Shown piece by piece: positions 45,974 through 54,160 of a stretch of 64,000 nucleotides of DNA. A model generated the notes under the pieces. That model was not told the origin of the DNA, ran no database searches, and was given only the letters and a program-made list of their open reading frames with translations. The DNA comes from Candidatus Falkowbacteria bacterium (lineage in GTDB: Bacteria > Patescibacteriota > Patescibacteriia > Patescibacteriales > UBA12465), in contig JBAXLJ010000002.1 of assembly GCA_037134915.1 (NCBI GenBank), positions 64,935 through 128,934 of the forward strand, in the 5' to 3' direction. Position numbers and translations under genes: made by a program. Each line of letters opens with the position of its first letter. The stretch's first letter is position 1.

Positions 45974-47026
45974 ATGCCAGATTTTTATATTATAAAAATA
46001 ATTTTGCTTTCAACGGCGGCTTTTTTATTTGCTGGTTTTTTAACGCCGCTACTAACTAACTTTTTGTATAAGTATCATTTAGGTAAAAAAATTAGAAATA
46101 GCGGGGAAACTCCAATATTTAGCCAGCTGCACGCTCACAAGGAAGGGACACCGACGATGGGCGGAATTTTAATTTGGGGAACAGTCTTAATTTTTGCCTT
46201 AGTCTTTTCTATTTTATCGCAAACTCTACCTTGGGCAATTTTTAAGAATTTAAATTTTTTAACTCGTTCTGAAACTCTGTTGCCCCTGGGTGCTTTAGTG
46301 GCCTCGGCCTTAATCGGTTTATTTGATGATTGGCTCGATGTTCGCGGTAAAGGCTCTTTGGGTGGCGGAGGTTTAAAAATGAAGCATCGCTTACTTATTT
46401 ACACCGTGATCGCTTTAATTGGGGCGCTGTGGTTTTATTTTAAACTTGATTGGACGATTTTCCATGTGCCTTTCTTTGGTAACTTTGAAATTACCTGGTG
46501 GTATATTCCGGTTTTTATGTTTATTATTGTGGCTACTGCTTTTTCGGTTAACGAGACCGATGGTTTAGATGGGCTAGCGGGCGGCACCTTAATGATTTCT
46601 TTTGTGGCTTATGGCGTTATTGCTTTTGTTATGGGACGTTACGAACTGGCCACTTTTTGCGGGGTTATTATCGGGGCTCTACTCGCTTTTTTATGGTATA
46701 ACATTCCACCAGCCCGTTTTTATATGGGAGACACTGGATCTATGAGCTTAGGGGTTACTTTAGGGGTAATTGCCCTACTGACTAATAGCGCCTTACTGTT
46801 GCCGTTCTTCGGTTTTGTTTTTATGGCCGAATCGATTTCCGTTATTATCCAGCTAACATCTAAAAAATTATTTAAGGGCCATAAGGTTTTTCTATCAGCG
46901 CCAATTCATCATCACTTTCAAGCTATTGGCTGGTGTGAAAGCAAGATTGTGATGCGTTTTTGGGTTATCGCTGCCGTTACTTCATCAATTGGTCTCATGA
47001 TATTCTTACTTGATAAAAATTTTTAA
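45974..47026 (+). CDS. mraY: phospho-N-acetylmuramoyl-pentapeptide transferase
   Basis: HAHKEGTPTMGG, GLFDDWLDV, NETDGLDGLAGG, PARFYMGDTGS, APIHHHF. Confidence 0.97.
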   Translation: MPDFYIIKIILLSTAAFLFAGFLTPLLTNFLYKYHLGKKIRNSGETPIFSQLHAHKEGTPTMGGILIWGTVLIFALVFSILSQTLPWAIFKNLNFLTRSETLLPLGALVASALIGLFDDWLDVRGKGSLGGGGLKMKHRLLIYTVIALIGALWFYFKLDWTIFHVPFFGNFEITWWYIPVFMFIIVATAFSVNETDGLDGLAGGTLMISFVAYGVIAFVMGRYELATFCGVIIGALLAFLWYNIPPARFYMGDTGSMSLGVTLGVIALLTNSALLLPFFGFVFMAESISVIIQLTSKKLFKGHKVFLSAPIHHHFQAIGWCESKIVMRFWVIAAVTSSIGLMIFLLDKNF

Positions 47027-47029
47027 TTC

Positions 47030-48175
47030 ATGTTTTTTGCTCAAACAATTAAAAAGGCTCTAACTCCAAATCGCGGAGAACATGAAGCTGATCAAAGTTT
47101 AATTATTTCTCTAGGAGTCATTCTAGTTTTTGGTTTGGTGATGCTATCTTCAGCCTCGTCGGTAGTCTCTTACGCTAAATTCGGTAATATCTATAACTAT
47201 TTTTTGCATCAACTGGGCATGGTAATTCTCAGCTTAATTTTCATGTTTATTGTGTCCAAGATTGATTATCATAAATGGCGCAAACACGCAGGATCGTTTT
47301 TAGTCATTTCTATCGTCCTGTTACTGTCAGTTTTTATTCCTGGTATCAGGGCTGATTTCGGTACTTCAAGAAGTTGGATCGACATTTTCGGTTACTCCTT
47401 TCAACCGTCAGAACTGGTTAAAATTACTTTCTTAATTTATTTAGCCACTTGGTTGGAGGCTAAAAAAGGTCAATTAAGCAGCGTTTATGACGGAATTTTC
47501 CCGTTTTTAGTTACCTTAGGAATTATCTCATTTTTAATGATGTTGCAGCCGGATTTAGGTAGTTTATTTATTATCGCCTCGATGGCCATGGTCGTCTTTT
47601 TTGTGGGCGGTGGCAAGTTCACTCATATTTTAATTACCATCCTTTTGGCAGGTTTACTTTTGTTTTTGGCTATGTCGCTTAAGTCTTCATATCAAAGTGA
47701 TCGTTTTCGTTGTTATCAAAACCCTAGTTATGATACGCAAAAAGAGTGTTACCAAATTAATCAATCTTTAATTGCGACCGGTTCTGGCGGTTGGTTTGGC
47801 CGTGGTTTAGGGCAAAGCCGTCAGAAATTTATGTATCTGCCAGAAGTTTGGGGTGATTCCATTTTTCCGATCATCGCTGAGGAAATCGGCTTCGTTTTTA
47901 GCAGTTTGATTTTACTGTTGTTTCTATTTTTATTTTATCGTATCCTACAAGTCGCTAAGGCCGCTCCCGATGCCTATGGAACTGCTCTGGCTACCGGCGT
48001 GGTTTCCTGGTTAGCGGTGCAATCATTTTTAAATATTGGCGGTCAGCTTAATTTAATTCCGATGACTGGAGTACCCTTACCCTTTATTTCTGCTGGCGGT
48101 TCTTCGACCATTGCTTCTTTAATCGCTCTTGGAATCGTAATAAATATCAGTAAGCAAACTCGAAATCTAAAATAG
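47030..48175 (+). CDS. ftsW: SEDS-family peptidoglycan glycosyltransferase FtsW
   Basis: SRSWIDIFGYSFQPSELVK, MLQPDLGS, PEVWGDSIFPIIAEE, PMTGVPLPFISAGGSS. dcw context. Confidence 0.85.
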   Translation: MFFAQTIKKALTPNRGEHEADQSLIISLGVILVFGLVMLSSASSVVSYAKFGNIYNYFLHQLGMVILSLIFMFIVSKIDYHKWRKHAGSFLVISIVLLLSVFIPGIRADFGTSRSWIDIFGYSFQPSELVKITFLIYLATWLEAKKGQLSSVYDGIFPFLVTLGIISFLMMLQPDLGSLFIIASMAMVVFFVGGGKFTHILITILLAGLLLFLAMSLKSSYQSDRFRCYQNPSYDTQKECYQINQSLIATGSGGWFGRGLGQSRQKFMYLPEVWGDSIFPIIAEEIGFVFSSLILLLFLFLFYRILQVAKAAPDAYGTALATGVVSWLAVQSFLNIGGQLNLIPMTGVPLPFISAGGSSTIASLIALGIVINISKQTRNLK

Positions 48176-48176
48176 T

Positions 48177-49256
48177 ATGCCAGACAAGAAAATAAAAATT
48201 ATGCTTTCTGGGGGTGGGACTGGTGGACCAGTGGTGCCTTTGCTCGCTATTGCTAGAGAGTTCTATTTAAAATATCCGGAAACAACTTTTATCTTCGCGG
48301 GAACTCATCAGGGGCCGGAAAAATTATTAGTTGAAGAGGCTGCTCTTGATTTACCAATTAAATTTGTACCGATGCTATCTGGCCGCCTCCGCCGCTACGT
48401 CTCTTTTAAAAATTTTACCGATTTGTTTAATATCGGTGGGGCTTTTTTTGAGTCAATCTACCTCCTTAAAAAAGAAAAGCCGGATTTGGTGATGTCGGTT
48501 GGAGCTTTTGTTAGTGTGCCTTTAGTTTGGGCGGCTAAATTTTTAAACATTCCTGTTTTAATTCACCAACAAGACTTGCGCCCGGGACTGGCTAATCGTT
48601 TGATGGCTAGGGCAGCTAGTTTAATTACAGTGACTTTCGCTGAGTCCTTGAAGGCGTATCCGGAGCGCGCGGTTTTAACCGGTAATCCTTATTCGCTACC
48701 CACTCTGTTGACTAAAGAAGCGATTTTTAAAGAATACAATCTTGACTTGAGCCGGCCGCTTATTTTAGTTTTTGGCGGCGGCACTGGTTCGGTCTCGATT
48801 AATGAAGCGGTGGTTGGTAATTTAGATGAACTACTTAAGATAACACAAATCATTCATCTTTCGGGAGCAGGTAAGAAAATAAGTGAATCTCGAACTGGTT
48901 ATTTTGCCACAGAGTTTTTAAATTACGCCAAGATATTGGCGGTGATGTTCGCTTGTGATTTAGTGATTGCTCGACCAGGACTGGGCACGCTAACAGATTT
49001 GTCAGCCCTTAAAAAGGCGAGTATTTTAGTGCCTATGCCCAATTCTCATCAAGAGGATAATGCTGAAGCTTGCGCCGCTGAAGGGGCCGCTCTTTATGTT
49101 GAACAGAAAGATCTAAGTAATAAGTTGGTGCGACTGGTTGGCGATCTCTTAGGTAATCCTGATAAACGCCAAGAATTGGAAAATAAGATGGCTAGTATTA
49201 TTAAGCCAGGGGCGGCGGATACAATTGTTAAGTTAAGTCGGAAACTGATTAAATAA
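48177..49256 (+). CDS. murG: UDP-N-acetylglucosamine--lipid I GlcNAc transferase
   Basis: LSGGGTGGPVVPLLAIA, FGGGTGS, ARPGLGTLTDL, HQEDNA. Confidence 0.9.
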   Translation: MPDKKIKIMLSGGGTGGPVVPLLAIAREFYLKYPETTFIFAGTHQGPEKLLVEEAALDLPIKFVPMLSGRLRRYVSFKNFTDLFNIGGAFFESIYLLKKEKPDLVMSVGAFVSVPLVWAAKFLNIPVLIHQQDLRPGLANRLMARAASLITVTFAESLKAYPERAVLTGNPYSLPTLLTKEAIFKEYNLDLSRPLILVFGGGTGSVSINEAVVGNLDELLKITQIIHLSGAGKKISESRTGYFATEFLNYAKILAVMFACDLVIARPGLGTLTDLSALKKASILVPMPNSHQEDNAEACAAEGAALYVEQKDLSNKLVRLVGDLLGNPDKRQELENKMASIIKPGAADTIVKLSRKLIK

Positions 49257-49259
49257 ATT

Positions 49260-50672
49260 ATGTCTTCATTTCTCCAAAAATATAAAAAAGTCTATTTACT
49301 AGGCATTAAAGGCGTGGGCATGACTATGCTGGCGCAGTTTTTAAAAGAGAAGGGGGTAAGTATTACCGGATCCGACACTCTAGAAAAATTCTTAACTGAT
49401 GCTGTCCTTAAAAAAGAAAAAATTCCGGTTTATAATTTTTCTGAAAAAAATATTAAAAGTGGGATAGGAGTAGTCATTCATTCTTCAGCTTATAATAAGG
49501 AGAATAATGTGGAGATGAAAAAACTCGCCGCCAGAAAAATAAAAACTCTAACTTATGCTGAGGCCTTGGGAGATATTTTTAATCAACATTATGGTGTAGC
49601 GGTCTGCGGCAGTCATGGCAAAACCACAACCTCTGCCTGGTTGGGCTATGTTATGTGGCGCGGTGAACTAGATCCTAATGTTTTGGTGGGTTCTAGTGTG
49701 CCGCAATTTAAAGGTAGTAGCTTGGCTGGTAGCTCTCGGTTGTTGGTGGCGGAGTGCGATGAATATCAAAACAAACTACAATACTTTAAACCGCAAGGCG
49801 TCGTTTTAAATAATATTGACTATGATCATCCGGATTTTTTTAAAACTAAAGATTCATATTATCAAGTTTTCGAAGATTTTGTCGCCAAGATTCCCTCTGA
49901 TGGTTTTTTAGTAGCTAACAATAGCGACGGGCATATTAGAAACTTATATTCTAAAAATAGAGGCTGGCTGCTTAATTATGATTTTGTGACTGACAAGGCG
50001 GAGTATTTAAAGAAAAAAGAAACCGTTCGTTTTTTAGCCTATAACTATTATGTTAAGGATGCTTATCAATATTTTACCGTGAATGAAATTGGTGAATTTA
50101 AAATTAAGATGATAGGCCGTCATAATATTTATAATGCCCTAGCGGTGATAGCGGCCGCTTACGCCTTAGGACTGGAGATGCCAGTTATTAAAAAACATTT
50201 AGCCACTTTTACCGGCACCACTCGCCGCGCGCAATTCTTAGGAACTTATAATGAAGTGCCGGTTTATGATGATTACGCTCATCATCCGACTGAGGTTAAA
50301 GCTACTTTAGCGGCTTTTAAAGAAGCTTATAAGGATAAAAAGATTATCGCCGTTTTTCATCCTCATACTTTTACTAGAACTTTAGCTTTATTTGATGATT
50401 TTAAATCAAGCTTTAAAGATGCTGATAAATTAATCATCATTGATATTTACGGCTCGGCTCGAGAAGAGCAAGGAGGAGTCTCTAGCAGCCAGTTAATTGC
50501 GGCTATTAAAGAATGGAACAAAGAGCAGGGAATTAAGCAAACGGTCGTTTATCAAAAGAATTTGGAAACCGTTCAGGAATATCTTAAAAAAACCTTAAAA
50601 AATAAGGATTTATTATTACTGATGGGGGCGGGCGATATTTTTAGAGTGGGGGCAAAACTGATTAAATCGTAA
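49260..50672 (+). CDS. murC: UDP-N-acetylmuramate--L-alanine ligase
   Basis: YLLGIKGVGMTMLAQFL, VCGSHGKTTTSAWL, NNIDYDHPD, DYAHHPTE. Confidence 0.9.
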   Translation: MSSFLQKYKKVYLLGIKGVGMTMLAQFLKEKGVSITGSDTLEKFLTDAVLKKEKIPVYNFSEKNIKSGIGVVIHSSAYNKENNVEMKKLAARKIKTLTYAEALGDIFNQHYGVAVCGSHGKTTTSAWLGYVMWRGELDPNVLVGSSVPQFKGSSLAGSSRLLVAECDEYQNKLQYFKPQGVVLNNIDYDHPDFFKTKDSYYQVFEDFVAKIPSDGFLVANNSDGHIRNLYSKNRGWLLNYDFVTDKAEYLKKKETVRFLAYNYYVKDAYQYFTVNEIGEFKIKMIGRHNIYNALAVIAAAYALGLEMPVIKKHLATFTGTTRRAQFLGTYNEVPVYDDYAHHPTEVKATLAAFKEAYKDKKIIAVFHPHTFTRTLALFDDFKSSFKDADKLIIIDIYGSAREEQGGVSSSQLIAAIKEWNKEQGIKQTVVYQKNLETVQEYLKKTLKNKDLLLLMGAGDIFRVGAKLIKS

Positions 50673-50740
50673 CAAAAAGACTAAACCCTCGTATTCTATA
50701 AGAGACGGCATTTGCTTAGCTCTTATTTTAATATAAATAT

Positions 50741-52528
50741 ATGGAGAGTGAAAAACGGGGAGAAGAAAAAAAGAAAGAATTATCTTTCAAAGATTTTTGG
50801 GCAAAACTCTGGCAAATTTTAAACCCCAGTCATCGGGCCATCCGCTCTATTTTAGTCGTGATTATGACAGGGGCAGCTTTAGATATCTTTAAACCATATT
50901 TAGTTAAGTTATTAATTGACAGGTTAACCAACTTCCATCCGGAAGATCTTTTTATAATGATGGTTTTTGTAGGTGCTTACTTTTTAAGCGACCAAATCAG
51001 ATCAATCATTCAATATTTTGCTGATACCAAATTATTTAAGCTGCTAACGGACTTAGAATATTATTTAGCGGTGCAAGCTCAAAGAAAATTAATTTATCTG
51101 CCTCTTGGTTATCATGAAAAAGAAAATACCGGCAATAAGATTGCTAAAATAAGCCGCGGAGTAGATAAAATTTCTAATCTGGTTGGTAATATGGGTTGGG
51201 AAGTAGTGCCAACGGTGGTTCAGTTATTTTTCTCTCTGGTTGTTTTATATTTTGCCGATTGGCGGCTGGCTGCCTCCTTATTATTTTTTTCGTCTTTTCA
51301 TGTTTACTTAACTTATCGGATTAATAAAAAAATGTATCCGGTGCGCAAAGAGATTTATAAGAGTTACGAAGAGGCCTCCGGTAAAATGACTCAAAGTATT
51401 ATTAATATTAACGCGGTGCAGTCTTTTTCCCAGGAAGAAAATGAGCTCGGTAGTTTTGATAAGATAAAAACCTCAATTAGAAAAAATGAAGCTTGGCAGT
51501 GGATTAAAACAATGCGAACTAATTTAGAACGCAACGCCATCTCCGATTTTGGTAATAGTTTTATTTTATTCTTTGGCGTCTACCTGGTTTATAAACAGCA
51601 GATTAGTATTGGTACCTTGATCTTTGCTTTCTCCATGTCGACCAGTTCTTATATGTCGTTATTTCGTTTATCCCGTTTTTATGACCGCATGGAAGAAGGT
51701 AAAGAGGGGGTGCATCGTTTGATTGATTTACTATCAACTAAAAGTGAGATTAAAGAAAAAAAGAAGGCGCTTATTCCCAAAGATATTAAAGGCGAGGTGG
51801 AGTTTAAAAACGTTAGTTTTAGTTATGGCAGTAATTATCGGGCCGCTTTGTCTAAAGTCAGTTTCAAAATAGCGTCCGGTTCCATGGTAGCCTTAATTGG
51901 TCCTTCGGGTGGCGGCAAGACGACTGTGGCGCGACTGCTATATCGTCACTATGATCCGCAAGACGGCGAAGTTTTAATTGATGGTGTTAACTTGCGTGAT
52001 TATAATCTACACGGTTTTCGAAAATTCTTGGCAATTGTGCCGCAGGAAGTAGAAATTTTTGATTTGCCGGTTCGTGAAAATATTGCCTATGCTAAACCCG
52101 ATGCTACACTGGCGGAAATTGAAGTCGCTGCTAAGATCGCTAATGCTCATGACTTCATTGCTAAATTAGAAAAAGGTTATGACACCTTAGTCGGCGAGCG
52201 CGGTATTAAATTATCAGGTGGTCAGCGTCAGCGAGTCGGTATTGCTCGAGCGATTCTGGCTAACCCCCGAATTCTAATCTTTGATGAAGCCACCTCTAAT
52301 CTAGATAGTGAAAGTGAGCATTTAATTCAAGATGCGATGGATAAAATTAGTAAGAATAGAACTTTAATTGTGATTGCTCATAGGCTCAGTACAATTACTA
52401 AGGCTGATAAAATTATTGTTTTAGAAGAAGGAGAAATGGTTGAAGAAGGCTCTCATACTGAGCTCGCTAAACAAAAAGGAGTTTATTCCAGATTACTCAA
52501 GTTACAACAGTTAGGAGAAGTTAAATAA
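50741..52528 (+). CDS. ABC exporter, fused permease/ATPase (MsbA-like type I exporter)
   Basis: Six-TM N-terminal half. GPSGGGKTT Walker A, LSGGQRQR signature, ILIFDEATS Walker B. Confidence 0.9.
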   Translation: MESEKRGEEKKKELSFKDFWAKLWQILNPSHRAIRSILVVIMTGAALDIFKPYLVKLLIDRLTNFHPEDLFIMMVFVGAYFLSDQIRSIIQYFADTKLFKLLTDLEYYLAVQAQRKLIYLPLGYHEKENTGNKIAKISRGVDKISNLVGNMGWEVVPTVVQLFFSLVVLYFADWRLAASLLFFSSFHVYLTYRINKKMYPVRKEIYKSYEEASGKMTQSIININAVQSFSQEENELGSFDKIKTSIRKNEAWQWIKTMRTNLERNAISDFGNSFILFFGVYLVYKQQISIGTLIFAFSMSTSSYMSLFRLSRFYDRMEEGKEGVHRLIDLLSTKSEIKEKKKALIPKDIKGEVEFKNVSFSYGSNYRAALSKVSFKIASGSMVALIGPSGGGKTTVARLLYRHYDPQDGEVLIDGVNLRDYNLHGFRKFLAIVPQEVEIFDLPVRENIAYAKPDATLAEIEVAAKIANAHDFIAKLEKGYDTLVGERGIKLSGGQRQRVGIARAILANPRILIFDEATSNLDSESEHLIQDAMDKISKNRTLIVIAHRLSTITKADKIIVLEEGEMVEEGSHTELAKQKGVYSRLLKLQQLGEVK

Positions 52529-52531
52529 AAA

Positions 52532-52563
52532 GAAAAGCGTCAGATTGGTTCTGACGCTTTTTT
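52532..52563. terminator. bidirectional rho-independent terminator
   Basis: agcgtcag / ctgacgct 8-bp stem (52536-52558), loop attggtt, flanked by an A-run and a T-run. Lies between convergent genes. Confidence 0.85.
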
Positions 52564-52573
52564 AAAGTTCAAT

Positions 52574-53350
52574 TTAGTTTGGTCCGATAAATTCCACTCC
52601 GCCAGTAAAGTACTGACGAAAAACTTTTTGGATTTTGGGGAGCAGGTCTGTCCACTTAACGCTGGACTCTTTTTTGATATTGAATTGATAAGCATCTTTA
52701 GCCTCCATTTGCGTTACTGTATCAAACCGGTCGACAACCCCTGGTATATCACCCAGAAGAATGCCTAAACGCACATGGTCGCTGGTCATTTTTTTCATAT
52801 GACAATTTAATTGGTCATCTTCAATGTATTGGAACGAAATAACTATTTTTTCATTCATCCAGCTGTATTTTCTATTAAGATAAATAAACAGGTGCTTCAG
52901 GATCAAATCGTCGATTTGGTAGAAACTGGTGGCCGGTGATTTCAAAAGTAGTAGTTGGTGGCTATTTAGAACCGACACTTCCACTAATTCTGGTATCGCT
53001 TCTCTTAGGGCGCGACGATCTTCGCCGTTAAAATTAAAAGGCAGGGAGGAAGCAAAAATTAATTTATCCTTGTCTTCGGTTTTTCCAAATACCTTGACTG
53101 TGCGAATTTTAATTTTTTCGTTTTGCCAGTTTATAAAAATACTTGGATCACTTCCGTTTCTAAAATATTCTTCCAAACCTCGAATTCGAAACTCTTCTTC
53201 GGGCTCTGGTTTCTTTTTTGCTTCGGGCTCTTTGGCTTCTTTCTTTCTGTAACTGTGTAGAGCAAAAAGGGTAAATACTGAGCCTAAGATCAAAACGATG
53301 GCTAATCCGACGTAAAAACGGGATTCTAGCGTTAAAATAATTGTTATCAT
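52574..53350 (-). CDS. hypothetical N-terminally membrane-anchored protein with an apparent internal duplication
   Basis: TM helix FYVGLAIVLILGSVFTLFAL, a KE/P-rich linker, then two similar modules (IPELVEVSVLNS... / IPGVVDRFDTVTQ...). No recognisable family. Confidence 0.55.
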   Translation of the reverse strand: MITIILTLESRFYVGLAIVLILGSVFTLFALHSYRKKEAKEPEAKKKPEPEEEFRIRGLEEYFRNGSDPSIFINWQNEKIKIRTVKVFGKTEDKDKLIFASSLPFNFNGEDRRALREAIPELVEVSVLNSHQLLLLKSPATSFYQIDDLILKHLFIYLNRKYSWMNEKIVISFQYIEDDQLNCHMKKMTSDHVRLGILLGDIPGVVDRFDTVTQMEAKDAYQFNIKKESSVKWTDLLPKIQKVFRQYFTGGVEFIGPN

Positions 53351-53370
53351 ATTGTGAAGGTGCTAATTTT

Positions 53371-53471
53371 CTAGTAAACGCTACTAGATTACGGATTTTG
53401 ATGGCTACTAGCCGTTCAAGGTATGGTTCTTTACCTCATAATTCCAAGCGTTAGGAATGGCTAGATTCTAG
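53371..53471. promoter_or_regulatory. cluster of three CTAG-centred palindromes in the divergent control region
   Basis: ctagta-N5-tactag (53371-53387), ggctaCtagcc (53403-53413), ctagaTtctag (53461-53471). GCTACTAG and ATGGCTA are each present twice. Confidence 0.6.
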
Positions 53472-53493
53472 TATATTTGTTTATATTTGTAAA
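53465..53493 (-). promoter_or_regulatory. sigma70-like promoter of the 258-aa orphan gene
   Basis: Minus strand reads TTTACA (53493-53488), 17 nt, TAGAAT (53470-53465). The -10 box lies inside the third palindrome. The predicted leader is about 105 nt. Confidence 0.5.
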
Positions 53494-53505
53494 TAGTTAG
53501 CGCTC

Positions 53506-53537
53506 TTGACGTAATTTAATAAAAGTTGTAAATTACG
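53506..53537 (+). promoter_or_regulatory. sigma70-like promoter of the 157-aa orphan gene, overlapped by a 9-bp inverted repeat (putative operator)
   Basis: TTGACG (53506-53511), 17 nt, TAAATT (53529-53534). The inverted repeat cgtaattta (53510-53518) / taaattacg (53529-53537) spans both boxes. Confidence 0.55.
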
Positions 53538-53583
53538 ATGAGTTCTTTAATAATAAAATATTAACTTTTAAAAATTATAAATC

Positions 53584-54057
53584 ATGGATTTAAAAATGAG
53601 ACAGGAATTAGTGCAGACTTGTGGCACTATTACCAATTTTAATTATGCATATTGTTCTATTCTCTACGAGAAATTATACTGGTTATTGAGAAGTGACATC
53701 ATCGATGCTAATGGGAATCAATTTGTGATTTTTGGTATCGAGGCTGGTGATTGGGTAAGAAGATATCAGAACAGACTTGATGTAACTCAAAAAGCTCTTG
53801 ATAAGTATAATCCGAATGATGACGAAGAAAATGTTAGAAACGATTATCAAAAAAATCTTAACATTTCCCACATTATTATCAAAGATGAATCGCTACTTCC
53901 AGTAATAATTGAACATCTTGAAGAACAAACAAAAATCAAAAGTCGTATATTTTTTGCTTCTAACGGCTACATTGAATTAGAAGAGCTTAGAAAATTCATT
54001 AATGAAGTTAACCTGTTCTTCGGACAAGTAAAGGAATTTTTAGAGATGTTTGGATAA
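53584..54057 (+). CDS. hypothetical protein (157 aa, no recognisable domain)
   Basis: ORF bracketed by its own promoter and a strong terminator. Hand count over 53581-53940 gives about 32% GC. Confidence 0.55.
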   Translation: MDLKMRQELVQTCGTITNFNYAYCSILYEKLYWLLRSDIIDANGNQFVIFGIEAGDWVRRYQNRLDVTQKALDKYNPNDDEENVRNDYQKNLNISHIIIKDESLLPVIIEHLEEQTKIKSRIFFASNGYIELEELRKFINEVNLFFGQVKEFLEMFG

Positions 54058-54084
54058 TTCAAACAATCTTTTCGTGCCTAAAGG

Positions 54085-54118
54085 CCTTAGAGTACACAAA
54101 GTATTCTAAGGTTTTTTT
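54085..54118 (+). terminator. rho-independent terminator
   Basis: ccttagagtac / gtattctaagg 11-bp stem (one G-U pair), loop acaaa, then seven T. Confidence 0.85.
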
Positions 54119-54123
54119 ATTTT

Positions 54124-54152
54124 TTGACATTTGACCTTATTTTTGCTTTAAT
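54124..54152 (+). promoter_or_regulatory. sigma70-like promoter of hisS
   Basis: TTGACA (54124-54129), 17 nt, TTTAAT (54147-54152). Only 8 nt separate it from the ATG at 54161. Confidence 0.55.
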
Positions 54153-54160
54153 TTGCTTAT

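Noticed and set aside
52929-53252. 107-aa plus-strand ORF.
   Set aside because: It lies entirely inside, and antisense to, the 258-aa orphan gene. It is Ser/Leu-rich with no promoter or start context. It is kept only as a caveat, because the host gene itself is uncharacterised.
53538-53564. 8-codon mini-ORF (ATG AGT TCT TTA ATA ATA AAA TAT TAA) right after the plus-strand orphan promoter.
   Set aside because: It overlaps the predicted transcription start. It is too short and AT-rich to distinguish from chance.
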